NCBI GenBank assembly: GCA_050230475.1
Contig: JBFLGF010000198.1
Location: 58,225-78,224 of the forward strand
DNA: 20,000 nucleotides
Direction of reading: 5' to 3'
DNA from: Ancylonema sp.
Lineage: Eukaryota
The translations under genes and the position numbers were made by a program. Below are positions 1-10,092 of the stretch, piece by piece (the stretch's first letter is position 1; each line of letters opens with the position of its first letter). The notes below the pieces were generated by a model. The model was not told the origin of the DNA. It was given only the letters and a program-made list of their open reading frames with translations, and did not search any database.

Positions 1-908
1 TGCCTCAACATTCCTAAATCACCAAATTATCGACATGCAGAAGCATAGTCGGCATCGCACCCCGCAATGCCACATGTGGAAAACTAATACCTTAATAATC
101 ACGCGGCTCCCAGAAAACGTAGTTCTGGTCACAGACGGGTGCAATTAGCACGTAGTCTACGCCACACGGCCCGTGGTACTTCCGCAGCGCGCAACAGGTG
201 AAGGGCAACATGACGCAGCAGCAAGCATGGAGACTGCGCTGGCATACGGCGCCGAAATCCTGACTGCAGACGGTCCAGAAGCGCTGCGGCCACTAGGCAT
301 CCCAAGGCTCCGCATAACGAAACCACGGTTTGGAAGGACTGGGCCCTGGCCCTGGGCCCTGTGTACAGCGACATTATGAGTTTTGCCGTTTTCCCGATAT
401 TACGGGGGATCGGTATGCAGCTAGTAGGGGGTCGGTACGCAGCAAGTCCCGCAGGATTTAGTCTGCGCGTCACATCTCCCCCTATACCGGGCAGAAACCC
501 CCTACCGCGGGCCAAAAGCGTTGGGAGTTCGAGTGGATGGGCCGGCCGTCCCCTGCGCGGTCGGCCGCCATCCCGACCTGGAGGTCTAGCCATGAAGTCA
601 TGCCATGACATGCCATGCTTTCGCTACGCTGATATGGTTGCAAAATCAAATTCCTCAAAAAAAATCTCCACTTCGTACTCTTAGTGTTTTAAATTAGCGG
701 GGTGTCTACATTGTATTCTGCTGGAGGGTCTCCTTCGTAGTTTGTTAAAAATTGTCAGGATCACGCAGGGGGGTAGAAATACACCTTCTGTCAATGGAGC
801 CGATACTCCACGATGACAGAATCATTATTCAACAGATATGTTCTTTTATAAAAAAAAAAAATCTAAGAAACCAACGCGGGGCACTTTGAAATACCACTAC
901 AAGTCTAG

Positions 909-1435
909 ATGGATTTCAACCCTTCTCAAGAGCATTGGGAGAATTGGGGCTGGGATGGGGACAACCTACTGGCGGACCCATCCGGACCGTCATCTCAAGC
1001 AGATGAGCTCTTCCAAATGAATGCGTACTCCAGCTTGTACTCACAGCCTCCACAGGAGACGTATCTAGAACCTCTGTCATACTTGCAAGCCACTCAACCT
1101 AACGAAGATACCATCGACACAGCGGGGTTCCTAAACTCCTCGCCATCCTTTGAGCCAACGGCGGCTGGTGAGGACACGTGCCCTAATCTCCTCGCTGGCC
1201 GCATACCCTGCGATTGCACCCGTCAAGATGCGGATCTCCTCCAGAAACTGCAATGTCGGAGGCCAGACATATTCGCGACCCTCTCCATGTCCAGCTGTCA
1301 AATCCAGGGCTGCAAAGCTGACGTCAGCCTTTTCAAAGAGTATCATCGGCGGCACAGAGTCTGTGAGGAGCACGCGAAGGTGGCCCACGTCAGCCATGAA
1401 GGGATCGATCAGCGCTATTGCCAGCAGTGTGGAAG
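909..1435 (+). CDS. SPL7: SPL7 exon 1 (N-terminus, Cys motif, first part of SBP domain)
   Basis: ATG at 909; ends CQQCGR at GGAAG|GTACAA, the conserved SBP-box intron position. Confidence 0.9.
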
Positions 1436-4344
1436 GTACAAAGGCATTTGAACCCTACCGCCGACTGGCTGCTCCCAAAAACAGGATCCGTTTGAATCTG
1501 TATCAACTTCGTTTCCTAATGGCCAAACAACAAACCTCGTCGTCTTTCTCTTCTACCCAAAGCAAAAGCAAAATACTTCATTCTCCATTCTTCAAACCTC
1601 ATACGTTAGCGGTACAGCTCAGGAAGGGAGCCTGAACCCTATCGATGACCCCTGCTCCGAGCTGTCATTCCACGTGTCAGGTTCCACGCACTCGATGACT
1701 TCGATGAAGGGAAGCGGTCGTGTCGTCGCAAACTCGAGCGCCATAACAACAGGAGAAGGCGCAAGAAGGAGAACGCGAAACAGGCAGAGAGCAGAGAGGG
1801 GGAGGCAGAAGAACAGAAGCAGGGAGGACGCAACGGGGAAGACACACCTGGTATGGCACACATACTAAACCACGATCATTTTCTTCAAGTCAAACCATTC
1901 TTGTCACCTGTCTACAGATTGCAGTGCGTATGTACATTTCTGCAAGATGCTTTGCAGCAAAGGACTTGAAACCGTTGCATTCTCACTGGCTTACAGATTT
2001 TTTATCTGATCCATCTTCTCTCCTCCCCCCTACCTTCTATATTCTCGATCTTCTCTTGTCCCCTAAATTATCAATGGTTTTTCTTCTCCCCCACCAGGTG
2101 CAAAACCACCCCAACCTCATCCCACCCACCCCGCCACCATCCTCCTCCAATCCCCAGCTGTCAAGAAGCGAAAACTGGAAGAAAAAAAATCGTCCCGCCT
2201 CAAACTACAGACACCAACCCCTGATACCCTACCCGATTCCGATGAAATCTCGCCACCTGTCTCCTCTGGTCCCACCCACACCTCAGTCTCTCTTAACACG
2301 ACACCTGTCACCTTCCCAGAGGCACAAAGAACGGGATCCCAACCGCCTCCCCCACGCATTCTGCACCCCCTCCCTCCCTCAATGCCAGAATTCCTTGGTG
2401 CAACCAACTATCTGCCAGCTGTCCCCCCTTCCCACCTTCCTGGAAGCTTCCAACTCCATCCCTACGCCCATGCTGTGCCCCCTCCCACCTCACCTCCTAT
2501 CCCCCAATCTCAAGTGCAAAGTCAACCTCCTCCACCCCTCCCCCTCCCATCTTGTCTCCTCCACCCCAGCTCTAGCACCCTTCCCACCTCCCCAGCCTCT
2601 TCCCCTCCTCCTCCTCCTTTTGAGGACCTCGACTCCCCCTCCCGCCTCCATCCCAGTGTGCCTCCCCCGTATGTGTCCCAGGTAAACTTGGCACACTCCC
2701 CCCTGGCTCACTGCGCTCATGCTCGTCTCTGGAAGTGTCGTTAGAATGAGTAGTCATCAACACCTTCGCATCCACCTCTCATAACCTGATCATAACAGGC
2801 AATCACCTGCCTGTTATCATCACCTGTCTCAACCCGTTCAAGTAGATTCATCCCTCCCACCTCCCATGCTGACGTGGCGCTGCTCTGTGATTGGTTCCCC
2901 GCCAGCACCCGAGCGGTCGCCTGTCCTTCAAATTGTACGATTGGAACCCAGCAGACTTCCCCAGGGACCTACGGCTTCAGGTAACCCCATCACCCCACCC
3001 CTCCCACTCACACATGTATCGCTAATAATAAAAAAAAAAAGTTGTCTTGTGTGACTTCGTACTTTTGCAGAGGGGTTGCTGAATCCCTTGCTTGTGATTG
3101 GTCCTCAGGTTCTGGACTGGCTTTCGCACATGCCGAGGGATCTGGAGGGGTGTATCCGGCCAGGCTGCACTGTCCTGACTCTGTACATGTCCATGACTCA
3201 TCCTGCCTGGAACCAGGTACTCATTCTACCCCCCCCTCCACCAATCATGGGGTGTTGAGAGAAAAGCGGAGCAGTGTTTGATGTCTACTTTGTGAACTTT
3301 GGGGGGGGGGGCAACGTGTTGCGGCAAGTATCTGGGTTTCGTACGATGATTGTTTTGTCGCCAAATCGCGCCCTCTGAGCTGTGAGGAGGGGCGCAGGTG
3401 TCGGAAAATTTCGGTGCTTGGATCGAGATGGTCGCTGTGCGAGATGATGAGTCCATCTTCGGTTCTGGCAGGATGGAGGTACGGAGTCATGAGCACCAGC
3501 TCGCTCGAGTTGACAATGGTAAGGGGTGGAATCGTATGGGATCGGGAACGAGTGGGGAGGGGGGGTAGGACAAGAAGAAGTTTGGATTGTTTAGTAGGTT
3601 GAGTACAAGAGTCACTCTCTCTCTTTCTCTCTCTCTTTTTGTTTTGGGTCTCATTTTCCATTTTTCTCTTCTTCTCTTCTTCTCTTCGTCTCTTCTTCTC
3701 TTTTTTTCTTTTTCTCATTCTCTCGTTTCCTCATTTTCTCATTTGCTCTGATTCTTTCCCTCAAGCTTGTCTGCCTATGGATGGTCGTGCAGGGTCTGTA
3801 GTGACTGTGGTCGCCCCTGGGAAGGGGGAGGGGCCTTGGCTGGAATCCATACGCCCTCTGTGTCTGGTGGCAGGGGCGGTTGGGAGGGTGCGGCTGAGAG
3901 GACGACAGCTGGCAGGACATGGGGCAAGGTGGGGGGGAGGTGGGAGGGTGGAGGGAAAGGAATCTCGGACAAAAAGATTTCGAAGGAGATAAATTGGCCT
4001 TCCAGAAATGATCGAAAATGAAGGAAGAGGAAGGAGGTTGAAGGAGGTTTAAGAGAGACGACACACAAACAATTGAGGTTGAAATGAGGCGTTTGTTTAT
4101 TTGTTTGACATTACAAACTCTGGAAAGGTGAAGGTGTGCGTCCATGACGTGTAAGAGGGGATTGGGGTCCAGGGTGTTGTGTGCGGTTGGGGGGAGGCAT
4201 TTAAGCACATGTCAGAAGGTGGGGAGAGGAAGTTTCCTGGAAGATCCCAGTGTCGCAGGCAAGGGGGTGGAAGGCAGCACTCCCTCCCCCCCCCCCCCTG
4301 CCCTCCCCAAAGCAGGGGGGGGGCAGTGGGGGGTGGGGAGGGAG

Positions 4345-4390
<46 letters not shown>

Positions 4391-6919
4391 AGGAGGAGGA
4401 GGAAGTATGGGTGGAAATTAAGGCAGGAGAGCCACATTTTGTGGGAGTGGCAAGATTCGAGGTGCCAAAAGGGGATCATAGGAAAGGGGGGGGGGAGCGA
4501 CTGCTGGGTTCGGTTTTGAGATGTTATATCCCTATTTGCGTATATATGTGTTCACACGTTCATGTATCCTTTTATACATTCATTTCTTCATGTGTGATAT
4601 TCAAATACGTGCGTGTAGACAAGTGTGCGCTACCATGCAAAGTATGGGTGCTGACGCTGTGTGTATACGTTTGTACGGAGTACGTATACACTTTTCATTT
4701 TGTAATGAGGGCAGGGCAGAGGAGTGTATCCAGACGAGGTACGAATGCTCATGTACATCTATTAAACTAGTGTACACATGTGCGAGTGTGCGACATGTGT
4801 CTATGAACTTGCAAGTGATGTATGTTTGTCTGGACATGTTCATTTGCATGCGTATATCTCTCCAGACGTATGTTCCTATTTTGTATGTTGACATTCTTTT
4901 TATGTAAACATGCATGTATATATGTCTACTCAAAGATGGGTTTTGATGTGTATGTATGTCAACTCAAAGATGGTTTATGACATGTATGTATGTGTATATG
5001 TCTCTATGCATTCATTTGTGTTCACAGATTTATGGATATGTAGGCAGATGAGGTCATAGCTATACATACGATGTGCGCAGAAGTGTATGTTTTTTTTTTA
5101 ATGAATGTAGATACACCACTGTTTTTCTTATCATGAATTTGGGTTTTTTTCATATGTCAATAAGTGTATGTGTACGCACCTGGTCACGTAGGTAAGTAAA
5201 GACTGTGGAAGGGTGTGCAAAATAAATCCCATACGCCATGTCAACATGCTTGCCATCTGCTATGCCACAGTTGAGGGAAGCATTCGTGGCAGAACAAGAA
5301 CCTGCAACAGAACATGTCAGTCATCTCTCTCATTTATCATATCCTTTCCCCTTCATGGCTGCAGGTGGAAGTTGATGCCCTGTGCTCCAACTACCTCCCT
5401 ATCCTAGTAGCAGACTCGGAAATCTGCGCGAAAATCCGAACTCTAGAGGCGGAGATTGAGGGGTCGGGGACGCGTCAGAGTAGAAGAGAGAGGGAGAAGG
5501 GAGCGGGGGCTTTGATAGAGGATTTGGGCTGGCTTTTCAAAAAAGCAAGGGTCAGTTTTGAGAAACAGGGGGGATCTAAACTGCCAGAGGAGGAATACGG
5601 GAGGAGGCAATCTGAGGAGGAGAGATGGCACCAAGTGTTGGATCGATGTTGTTGGGAAGCGGAGCGTATTCGGATTAATTCTCTCCTTCAAGCAGCGACG
5701 AGTAGGGGGTGGACAGGTGTCACAAGGAGGATCCTAGAGGTTGCTACCGCTCTGGAGGAGGGGATGGGTGGCAGAATGGGAGTAGTGGGGCAGAAAGGCC
5801 CCTCTCTACTGACATCAGCAGGGGGACATCGGCAATCCGAGGGGGCAGAAGTGAGTCACGGAATGGAAAGGAGAGGTGGCAAAGGGGGGGGGGGGGAGGA
5901 GGAGGAAAGGAAGAAAAAGGGGGCGCTGGGGAGAGATGGGGGAGGGGGGCGGGGATCCGATTTGGACCAATCTCGGGATGTGTTAAAAATTATGAGGGGG
6001 GGCAATGAGGTGAGGGGGAGGGTATTGATGTTAACTAGTCCAACCTGGTAGGCGTACATGTGTTCGCGTTTTGTGAATGTTGTGTAAATACGTTGTCTAG
6101 TCTTCTGATATAGATACAATTATATGTACATAATAATATATATCAGATATTTATGTATACGGAGGTTTGTTCACGAGGAGGGCTCTTGGGAAACGTGAAT
6201 CTAGATCGATATCGGCACTAAACGCAACGACTGAAAACGACAGACTCGAGAGTGAAACAATTTGTTGATTTCTAGTTTATTTTAGAAGTGTTTTTTTTAT
6301 GCGTTTGCAGAAGGTGGTAGAGGGGAGGAAGGGCGAAAATGAATCTTCATATTTAAATCCAATTCGACACCATGACCTTCTCGCGAGTTTTACCAAAGAG
6401 GAGGACCTTAGTCCCCTCAACAACTCCCTTCATTTGGTAGCCCCTCTTCTAGACGGCCCCTATCCCAAGGAAACGAATTCTAGGGACTCAATTCTAAGTA
6501 GGCCCATTGTAGGGCCTACAGGAACAAGTAGGGGTGATGCAGGTGTATATGAGGAAATCGCGTTGACCATCCACGAGAAGGGGGGGGAGGATAACAAGGG
6601 AGGTCAAAGCGTTTGGTTAGGAGCGATATTTTTTGCAGGAAGTCAGAAAGGGGGATTCGGGGGCTTGAATTCCTCAAGGCTTCCGACCAATAAAGGGTCG
6701 GGAGGCGGACCGTTGAGGGAGGGGGTGGAGATGGTGACGGAATTCGGGGATTCGCTCAGGGCTCGCCATGGGGTGGGGCGTACGGTGGTTCTATCCCTAG
6801 TGGCGGTTGGGGTTGTGTGCGCAACCGCGTGTGTGTTGGTGGTCCACCCCGAGCACGCGGACTTGTTGGCAATGTCGATGAGGAGGTGTCTTTGGGGCCT
6901 AGCGGGGTACCGTTTGTAG
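909..6919 (+). CDS. SPL7: SQUAMOSA promoter-binding protein-like transcription factor, SPL7-type; join(909..1435,1681..1850,2098..2681,2906..2980,3109..3216,3398..3518,3793..3928,4173..4461,5365..6009,6311..6919), about 1087 aa
   Basis: All 9 introns are GT-AG and the frame stays open (3264 nt, divisible by 3). SBP domain CQIQGC...YHRRHRVCEEH...RYCQQCGR|FHALDDFDEGKRSCRRKLERHNNRRRRK. SPL7-type motifs: CPNLLAGRIPCDC, GRLSFKLYDWNPADFP, LEGCIRPGC, FE|VEVDALCSNYLPILVADSEIC, and a C-terminal hydrophobic helix followed by HP. Confidence 0.9.
1681..1850 (+). CDS. SPL7: SPL7 exon 2 (second part of SBP domain, bipartite NLS)
   Basis: GTCAG|G acceptor; FHALDDFDEGKRSCRRKLERHNNRRRRK; donor G|GTATGG. Confidence 0.92.
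2098..2681 (+). CDS. SPL7: SPL7 exon 3 (Pro/Ser-rich linker)
   Basis: Pyrimidine tract + CCAG acceptor; phase-1 frame open and continuous with ORF 2382..2744; donor CAG|GTAAAC. Confidence 0.8.
2906..2980 (+). CDS. SPL7: SPL7 exon 4
   Basis: HPSGRLSFKLYDWNPADFPRDLRLQ; CAG acceptor, CTGAC branch-like motif upstream, CAG|GTAACC donor. Confidence 0.92.
3109..3216 (+). CDS. SPL7: SPL7 exon 5 (IRPGC motif)
   Basis: VLDWLSHMPRDLEGCIRPGCTVLTLYMSMTHPAWNQ; TCAG acceptor, CAG|GTAC donor. Confidence 0.92.
3398..3518 (+). CDS. SPL7: SPL7 exon 6
   Basis: VSENFGAWIEMVAVRDDESIFGSGRMEVRSHEHQLARVDNG; GCAG acceptor, G|GTAAGG donor; phases match neighbouring exons. Confidence 0.78.
3614..3760. repeat. CT/CTT-rich low-complexity tract in intron 6
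   Basis: Direct inspection: (CT)n, (CTT)n and T-runs. Confidence 0.85.
3793..3928 (+). CDS. SPL7: SPL7 exon 7
   Basis: SVVTVVAPGKGEGPWLESIRPLCLVAGAVGRVRLRGRQLAGHGAR; GCAG acceptor, AG|GTGGGG donor. Confidence 0.82.
4173..4461 (+). CDS. SPL7: SPL7 exon 8 (contains poly-Glu)
   Basis: VLCAVGGRHLST...E21...FVGVARFE; CCAG acceptor, GAG|GTGCCA donor; joins VEVD of exon 9. Confidence 0.78.
4342..4404 (+). repeat. (GAG/GAA)21 coding microsatellite, poly-Glu
   Basis: 63 nt of Glu codons in exon 8. Confidence 0.95.
4671..4775. promoter_or_regulatory. Putative cluster of SBP/CuRE sites (5 x GTAC, including an exact TNCGTACAA) in SPL7 intron 8
   Basis: GTAC at 4673, 4680, 4739, 4753 and 4772; 4671-4679 TTGTACGGA is the reverse complement of TCCGTACAA. 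Function is inferred only. Confidence 0.35.
5365..6009 (+). CDS. SPL7: SPL7 exon 9
   Basis: VEVDALCSNYLPILVADSEICAKIRTLE...LIEDLGWLFKK...LLQAATSRGWTGV; GCAG acceptor, GAG|GTGAGG donor. Confidence 0.85.
6311..6919 (+). CDS. SPL7: SPL7 exon 10 (C-terminal transmembrane helix, stop)
   Basis: TTTGCAG acceptor; ends TVVLSLVAVGVVCATACVLVVHPEHADLLAMSMRRCLWGLAGYRL*. Confidence 0.85.
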   Translation, partial: KVVEGRKGENESSYLNPIRHHDLLASFTKEEDLSPLNNSLHLVAPLLDGPYPKETNSRDSILSRPIVGPTGTSRGDAGVYEEIALTIHEKGGEDNKGGQSVWLGAIFFAGSQKGGFGGLNSSRLPTNKGSGGGPLREGVEMVTEFGDSLRARHGVGRTVVLSLVAVGVVCATACVLVVHPEHADLLAMSMRRCLWGLAGYRL

Positions 6920-7171
6920 GTTTGAGTGGTCGTAGAATGCCTTTGGTTTGCCTCCGCCTCGGGTGCTTGGTGTGACTGGTCTGTCAGGGTTGGAGCAGGA
7001 GCAAGTGACATAGTTGTGTAGTTAGAAATAAGTATTGGTTTGCCAATACATTCATTACTCTGTTTCTTTTGTCAAACTGGAAGCACGCAATCCCCGGACC
7101 GCTGGGGATTTGGCCAACCTGTCTGGTACCGGCCCTGGCCCAGACCCGTCCTAGACTTGGACGCCCTTGCA

Positions 7172-7439
7172 CATAGTTGCGTCCCGGACCGTCCGGGTAT
7201 CTCCGGACACGTCCGGGATGCGTCCGGACCCGGACGCGTCAGCCAAAAACTGATATTCATATTTCTGGAACCCCTATATTTGTGTGATTTCAGAATGAAA
7301 ACCTTCTTTTTTTTTTTTTTTTTTTGCATCTTAGTTGGGTCCCGGACCGCCCGGGGATCTCCGGACGCGTCCGGGACGCGTCTGGGGCCGGACGCGTGCC
7401 GGACGCGTCCGGGATCCTCGCGTCCGGGACGCAACTATG
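7172..7439 (+). mobile_element. hAT-type MITE family A, copy 1 (268 bp)
   Basis: Perfect 18-bp TIR CATAGTTGCGTCCCGGAC / GTCCGGGACGCAACTATG; 8-bp TSD CCCTTGCA (7164-7171) / CCCTTGCG (7440-7447); repeated subterminal CCGGACGCGTCCGG palindromes; second copy at 16288. Confidence 0.9.
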
Positions 7440-7722
7440 CCCTTGCGCTATATATGATGAAAGAACGCAAAACCGACAAATTGTTATGTCTAGGCGGACA
7501 CTATCTTGTAAATACCATATACTTTCCATCGTTTTGAGTGGCATACTCATGGTGATGGAATGTACTGCAACTCATAGTCCCCAAAGCGCTTCACTTCTCA
7601 AAAGTTGCAACAAAAACCATTCAAGCTACCCGGACAATGTTTATGTAGTCTCCACTTACGCGATCATTGTGTTCCGTAGCATTGTTCACATTCATTGACA
7701 AGGAAGGCACCTGACAAGCATC

Positions 7723-8003
7723 TGTGAGAGTTACCATCATCCATGATGCCTTCTTTACACCAATAGATTCAATCTTCAGAATCAAACTTATTCACGACAT
7801 GCCATACAAGAGAGTCGACTCGTGATTGCAAAGAGTCCGATTGATTATTGTGGCGGCCACAACTTGACCTAAGTAAACATGTATTGTCGGATGTATCGTT
7901 CTAACGAATACTTGCTAAAAGATCTAGCAAGAAGGCATGTTGCCACAAAATCGATATAACGAATATTCTCAATACAACAAAGCGTTTCTAGCCAAGTCTC
8001 ACA
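7723..8003 (-). mobile_element. Solo LTR of the Copia family, with its own TSD
   Basis: TGTGAG...CTCACA termini; GCATC on both sides (7718-7722, 8004-8008); homologous to LTRs at 10883 and 15972. Confidence 0.92.
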
Positions 8004-8143
8004 GCATCCCGGTGTCGAAATGCACAAATCTAAAGCCTCTCTCTATATTTGATGAGATAAGATAGAAGATGATAAAGCTGATGTGTGGGTATCTGGCGTC
8101 TTCAAGTATGTGCTACCTGGATAATATACCATACAAAAAACAC

Positions 8144-8256
8144 CATAGTTGGGCGCGGACAACTTAAATCGCGCACATGTGCGCTCCCAATAAAGAAGAA
8201 TTACTTCTACTAAAAATCGAGTTTACTACCGCCGACGATTATGGGCGGCGGCTTTT

Positions 8257-8292
<36 letters not shown>

Positions 8293-8394
8293 GCCAGGTG
8301 GTGCGCGATGCGCGCATGCTCGGAACATGTGCGTGATGCCCACATGTTCCGAACATGTGCGCCAAACCCGCGCACATGTGCGCGCCCAACTGTA
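8144..8394. mobile_element. MITE family B (251 bp), copy in array unit 1
   Basis: TIR CATAGTTGGGCGCG / CGCGCCCAACTGT(A/G); multiple (GC)ACATGT(GC) palindromes; central T26 tract. TSD unclear (AAAAACAC vs GTAAACAT). Confidence 0.72.
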
Positions 8395-8512
8395 GTAAAC
8401 ATAGTGAAAAATGTTTTTCACTGCGGTGAAAAAATGTTGGCACCGGGTCGCCCGGGCATCTTTTGGGCCGGTCTGCTTCCAAAGCGGAGCTCCACCCGGA
8501 CCGGGATCCAAC

Positions 8513-8793
8513 TGTGAGAGTTACCATCATCCATGATGCCTTCTTTACACCAATAGATTCAATCTTCAGAATCAAACTTATTCACGACATGCCATACAAG
8601 AGAGTCGACTCGTGATTGCAAAGAGTCCGATTGATTATTGTGGCGGCCACAACTTGACCTAAGTAAACATGTATTGTCGGATGTATCGTTCTAACGAATA
8701 CTTGCTAAAAGATCTAGCAAGAAGGCATGTTGCCACAAAATCGATATAACGAATATTCTCAATACAACAAAACGTTTCTAGCCAAGTCTCACA
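8513..8793 (-). mobile_element. Array LTR copy 2 (chimeric flanks CCAAC / GCATC)
   Basis: Solo-type LTR sequence; left flank CCAAC, right flank GCATC. Confidence 0.9.
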
Positions 8794-8933
8794 GCATCCC
8801 GGTGTCGAAATGCACAAATCTAAAGCCTCTCTCTATATTTGATGAGATAAGATAGAAGATGATAAAGCTGATGTGTGGGTATCTGGCGTCTTCAAGTATG
8901 TGCTACCTGGATAATATACCATACAAAAAACAC

Positions 8934-9046
8934 CATAGTTGGGCGCGGACAACTTAAATCGCGCACATGTGCGCTCCCAATAAAGAAGAATTACTTCTAC
9001 TAAAAATCGAGTTTACTACCGCCGACGATTATGGGCGGCGGCTTTT

Positions 9047-9082
<36 letters not shown>

Positions 9083-9184
9083 GCCAGGTGGTGCGCGATG
9101 CGCGCATGCTCGGAACATGTGCGTGATGCCCACATGTTCCGAACATGTGCGCCAAACCCGCGCACATGTGCGCGCCCAACTGTG
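8934..9184. mobile_element. MITE family B, copy in unit 2
   Basis: Same as 8144-8394 shifted by 790. Confidence 0.72.
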
Positions 9185-9302
9185 CTAAACATAGTGACAA
9201 ATGTTTTTCACTGCGGTAAAAAAATGTTGGCACCGGGTCGCCCGGGCATCTTTTGGGCCGGTCTGCTTCCAAAGCGGAGCTCCACCCGGACCGGGATCCA
9301 AC

Positions 9303-9583
9303 TGTGAGAGTTACCATCATCCATGATGCCTTCTTTACACCAATAGATTCAATCTTCAGAATCAAACTTATTCACGACATGCCATACAAGAGAGTCGACT
9401 CGTGATTGCAAAGAGTCCGATTGATTATTGTGGCGGCCACAACTTGACCTAAGTAAACATGTATTGTCGGATGTATCGTTCTAACGAATACTTGCTAAAA
9501 GATCTAGCAAGAAGGCATGTTGCCACAAAATCGATATAACGAATATTCTCAATACAACAAAGCGTTTCTAGCCAAGTCTCACA
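9303..9583 (-). mobile_element. Array LTR copy 3 (chimeric flanks)
   Basis: As copy 2. Confidence 0.9.
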
Positions 9584-9723
9584 GCATCCCGGTGTCGAAA
9601 TGCACAAATCTAAAGCCTCTCTCTATATTTGATGAGATAAGATAGAAGATGATAAAGCTGATGTGTGGGTATCTGGCGTCTTCAAGTATGTGCTACCTGG
9701 ATAATATACCATACAAAAAACAC

Positions 9724-9836
9724 CATAGTTGGGCGCGGACAACTTAAATCGCGCACATGTGCGCTCCCAATAAAGAAGAATTACTTCTACTAAAAATCGA
9801 GTTTACTACCGCCGACGATTATGGGCGGCGGCTTTT

Positions 9837-9872
<36 letters not shown>

Positions 9873-9974
9873 GCCAGGTGGTGCGCGATGCGCGCATGCT
9901 CGGAACATGTGCGTGATGCCCACATGTTCCGAACATGTGCGCCAAACCCGCGCACATGTGCGCGCCCAACTGTG
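9724..9974. mobile_element. MITE family B, copy in unit 3
   Basis: Same as 8144-8394 shifted by 1580. Confidence 0.72.
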
Positions 9975-10092
9975 GTAAACATAGTGACAAATGTTTTTCA
10001 CTGCGGTAAAAAAATGTTGGCACCGGGTCGCCCGGGCATCTTTTGGGCCGGTCTGCTTCCAAAGCGGAGCTCCACCCGGACCGGGATCCAAC

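Noticed and set aside
176..678. Four GTAC motifs upstream of SPL7 as copper-response elements
   Set aside because: Four in about 900 bp is roughly the chance expectation, and they are not clustered.
1..684. ORFs upstream of SPL7 (160, 68, 107 aa; a VLVTDG string)
   Set aside because: No convincing domain or exon structure. It may be a decayed repeat but this cannot be supported.
1924..2685. 253-aa ORF as the true exon 3 frame
   Set aside because: Splice phases from exon 2 and into exon 4 require the other frame (that of 2382..2744); this is a shadow ORF in C-rich sequence.
3610..3635. Possible miR156/157 target-like CT-rich sequence
   Set aside because: It is an intronic CT microsatellite and does not match GTGCTCTCTCTCTTCTGTCA. 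SPL7-type genes are not miR156 targets.
4921..4993. Imperfect 34-bp tandem duplication in intron 8
   Set aside because: Ordinary slippage duplication within TATG-rich low-complexity intron sequence.
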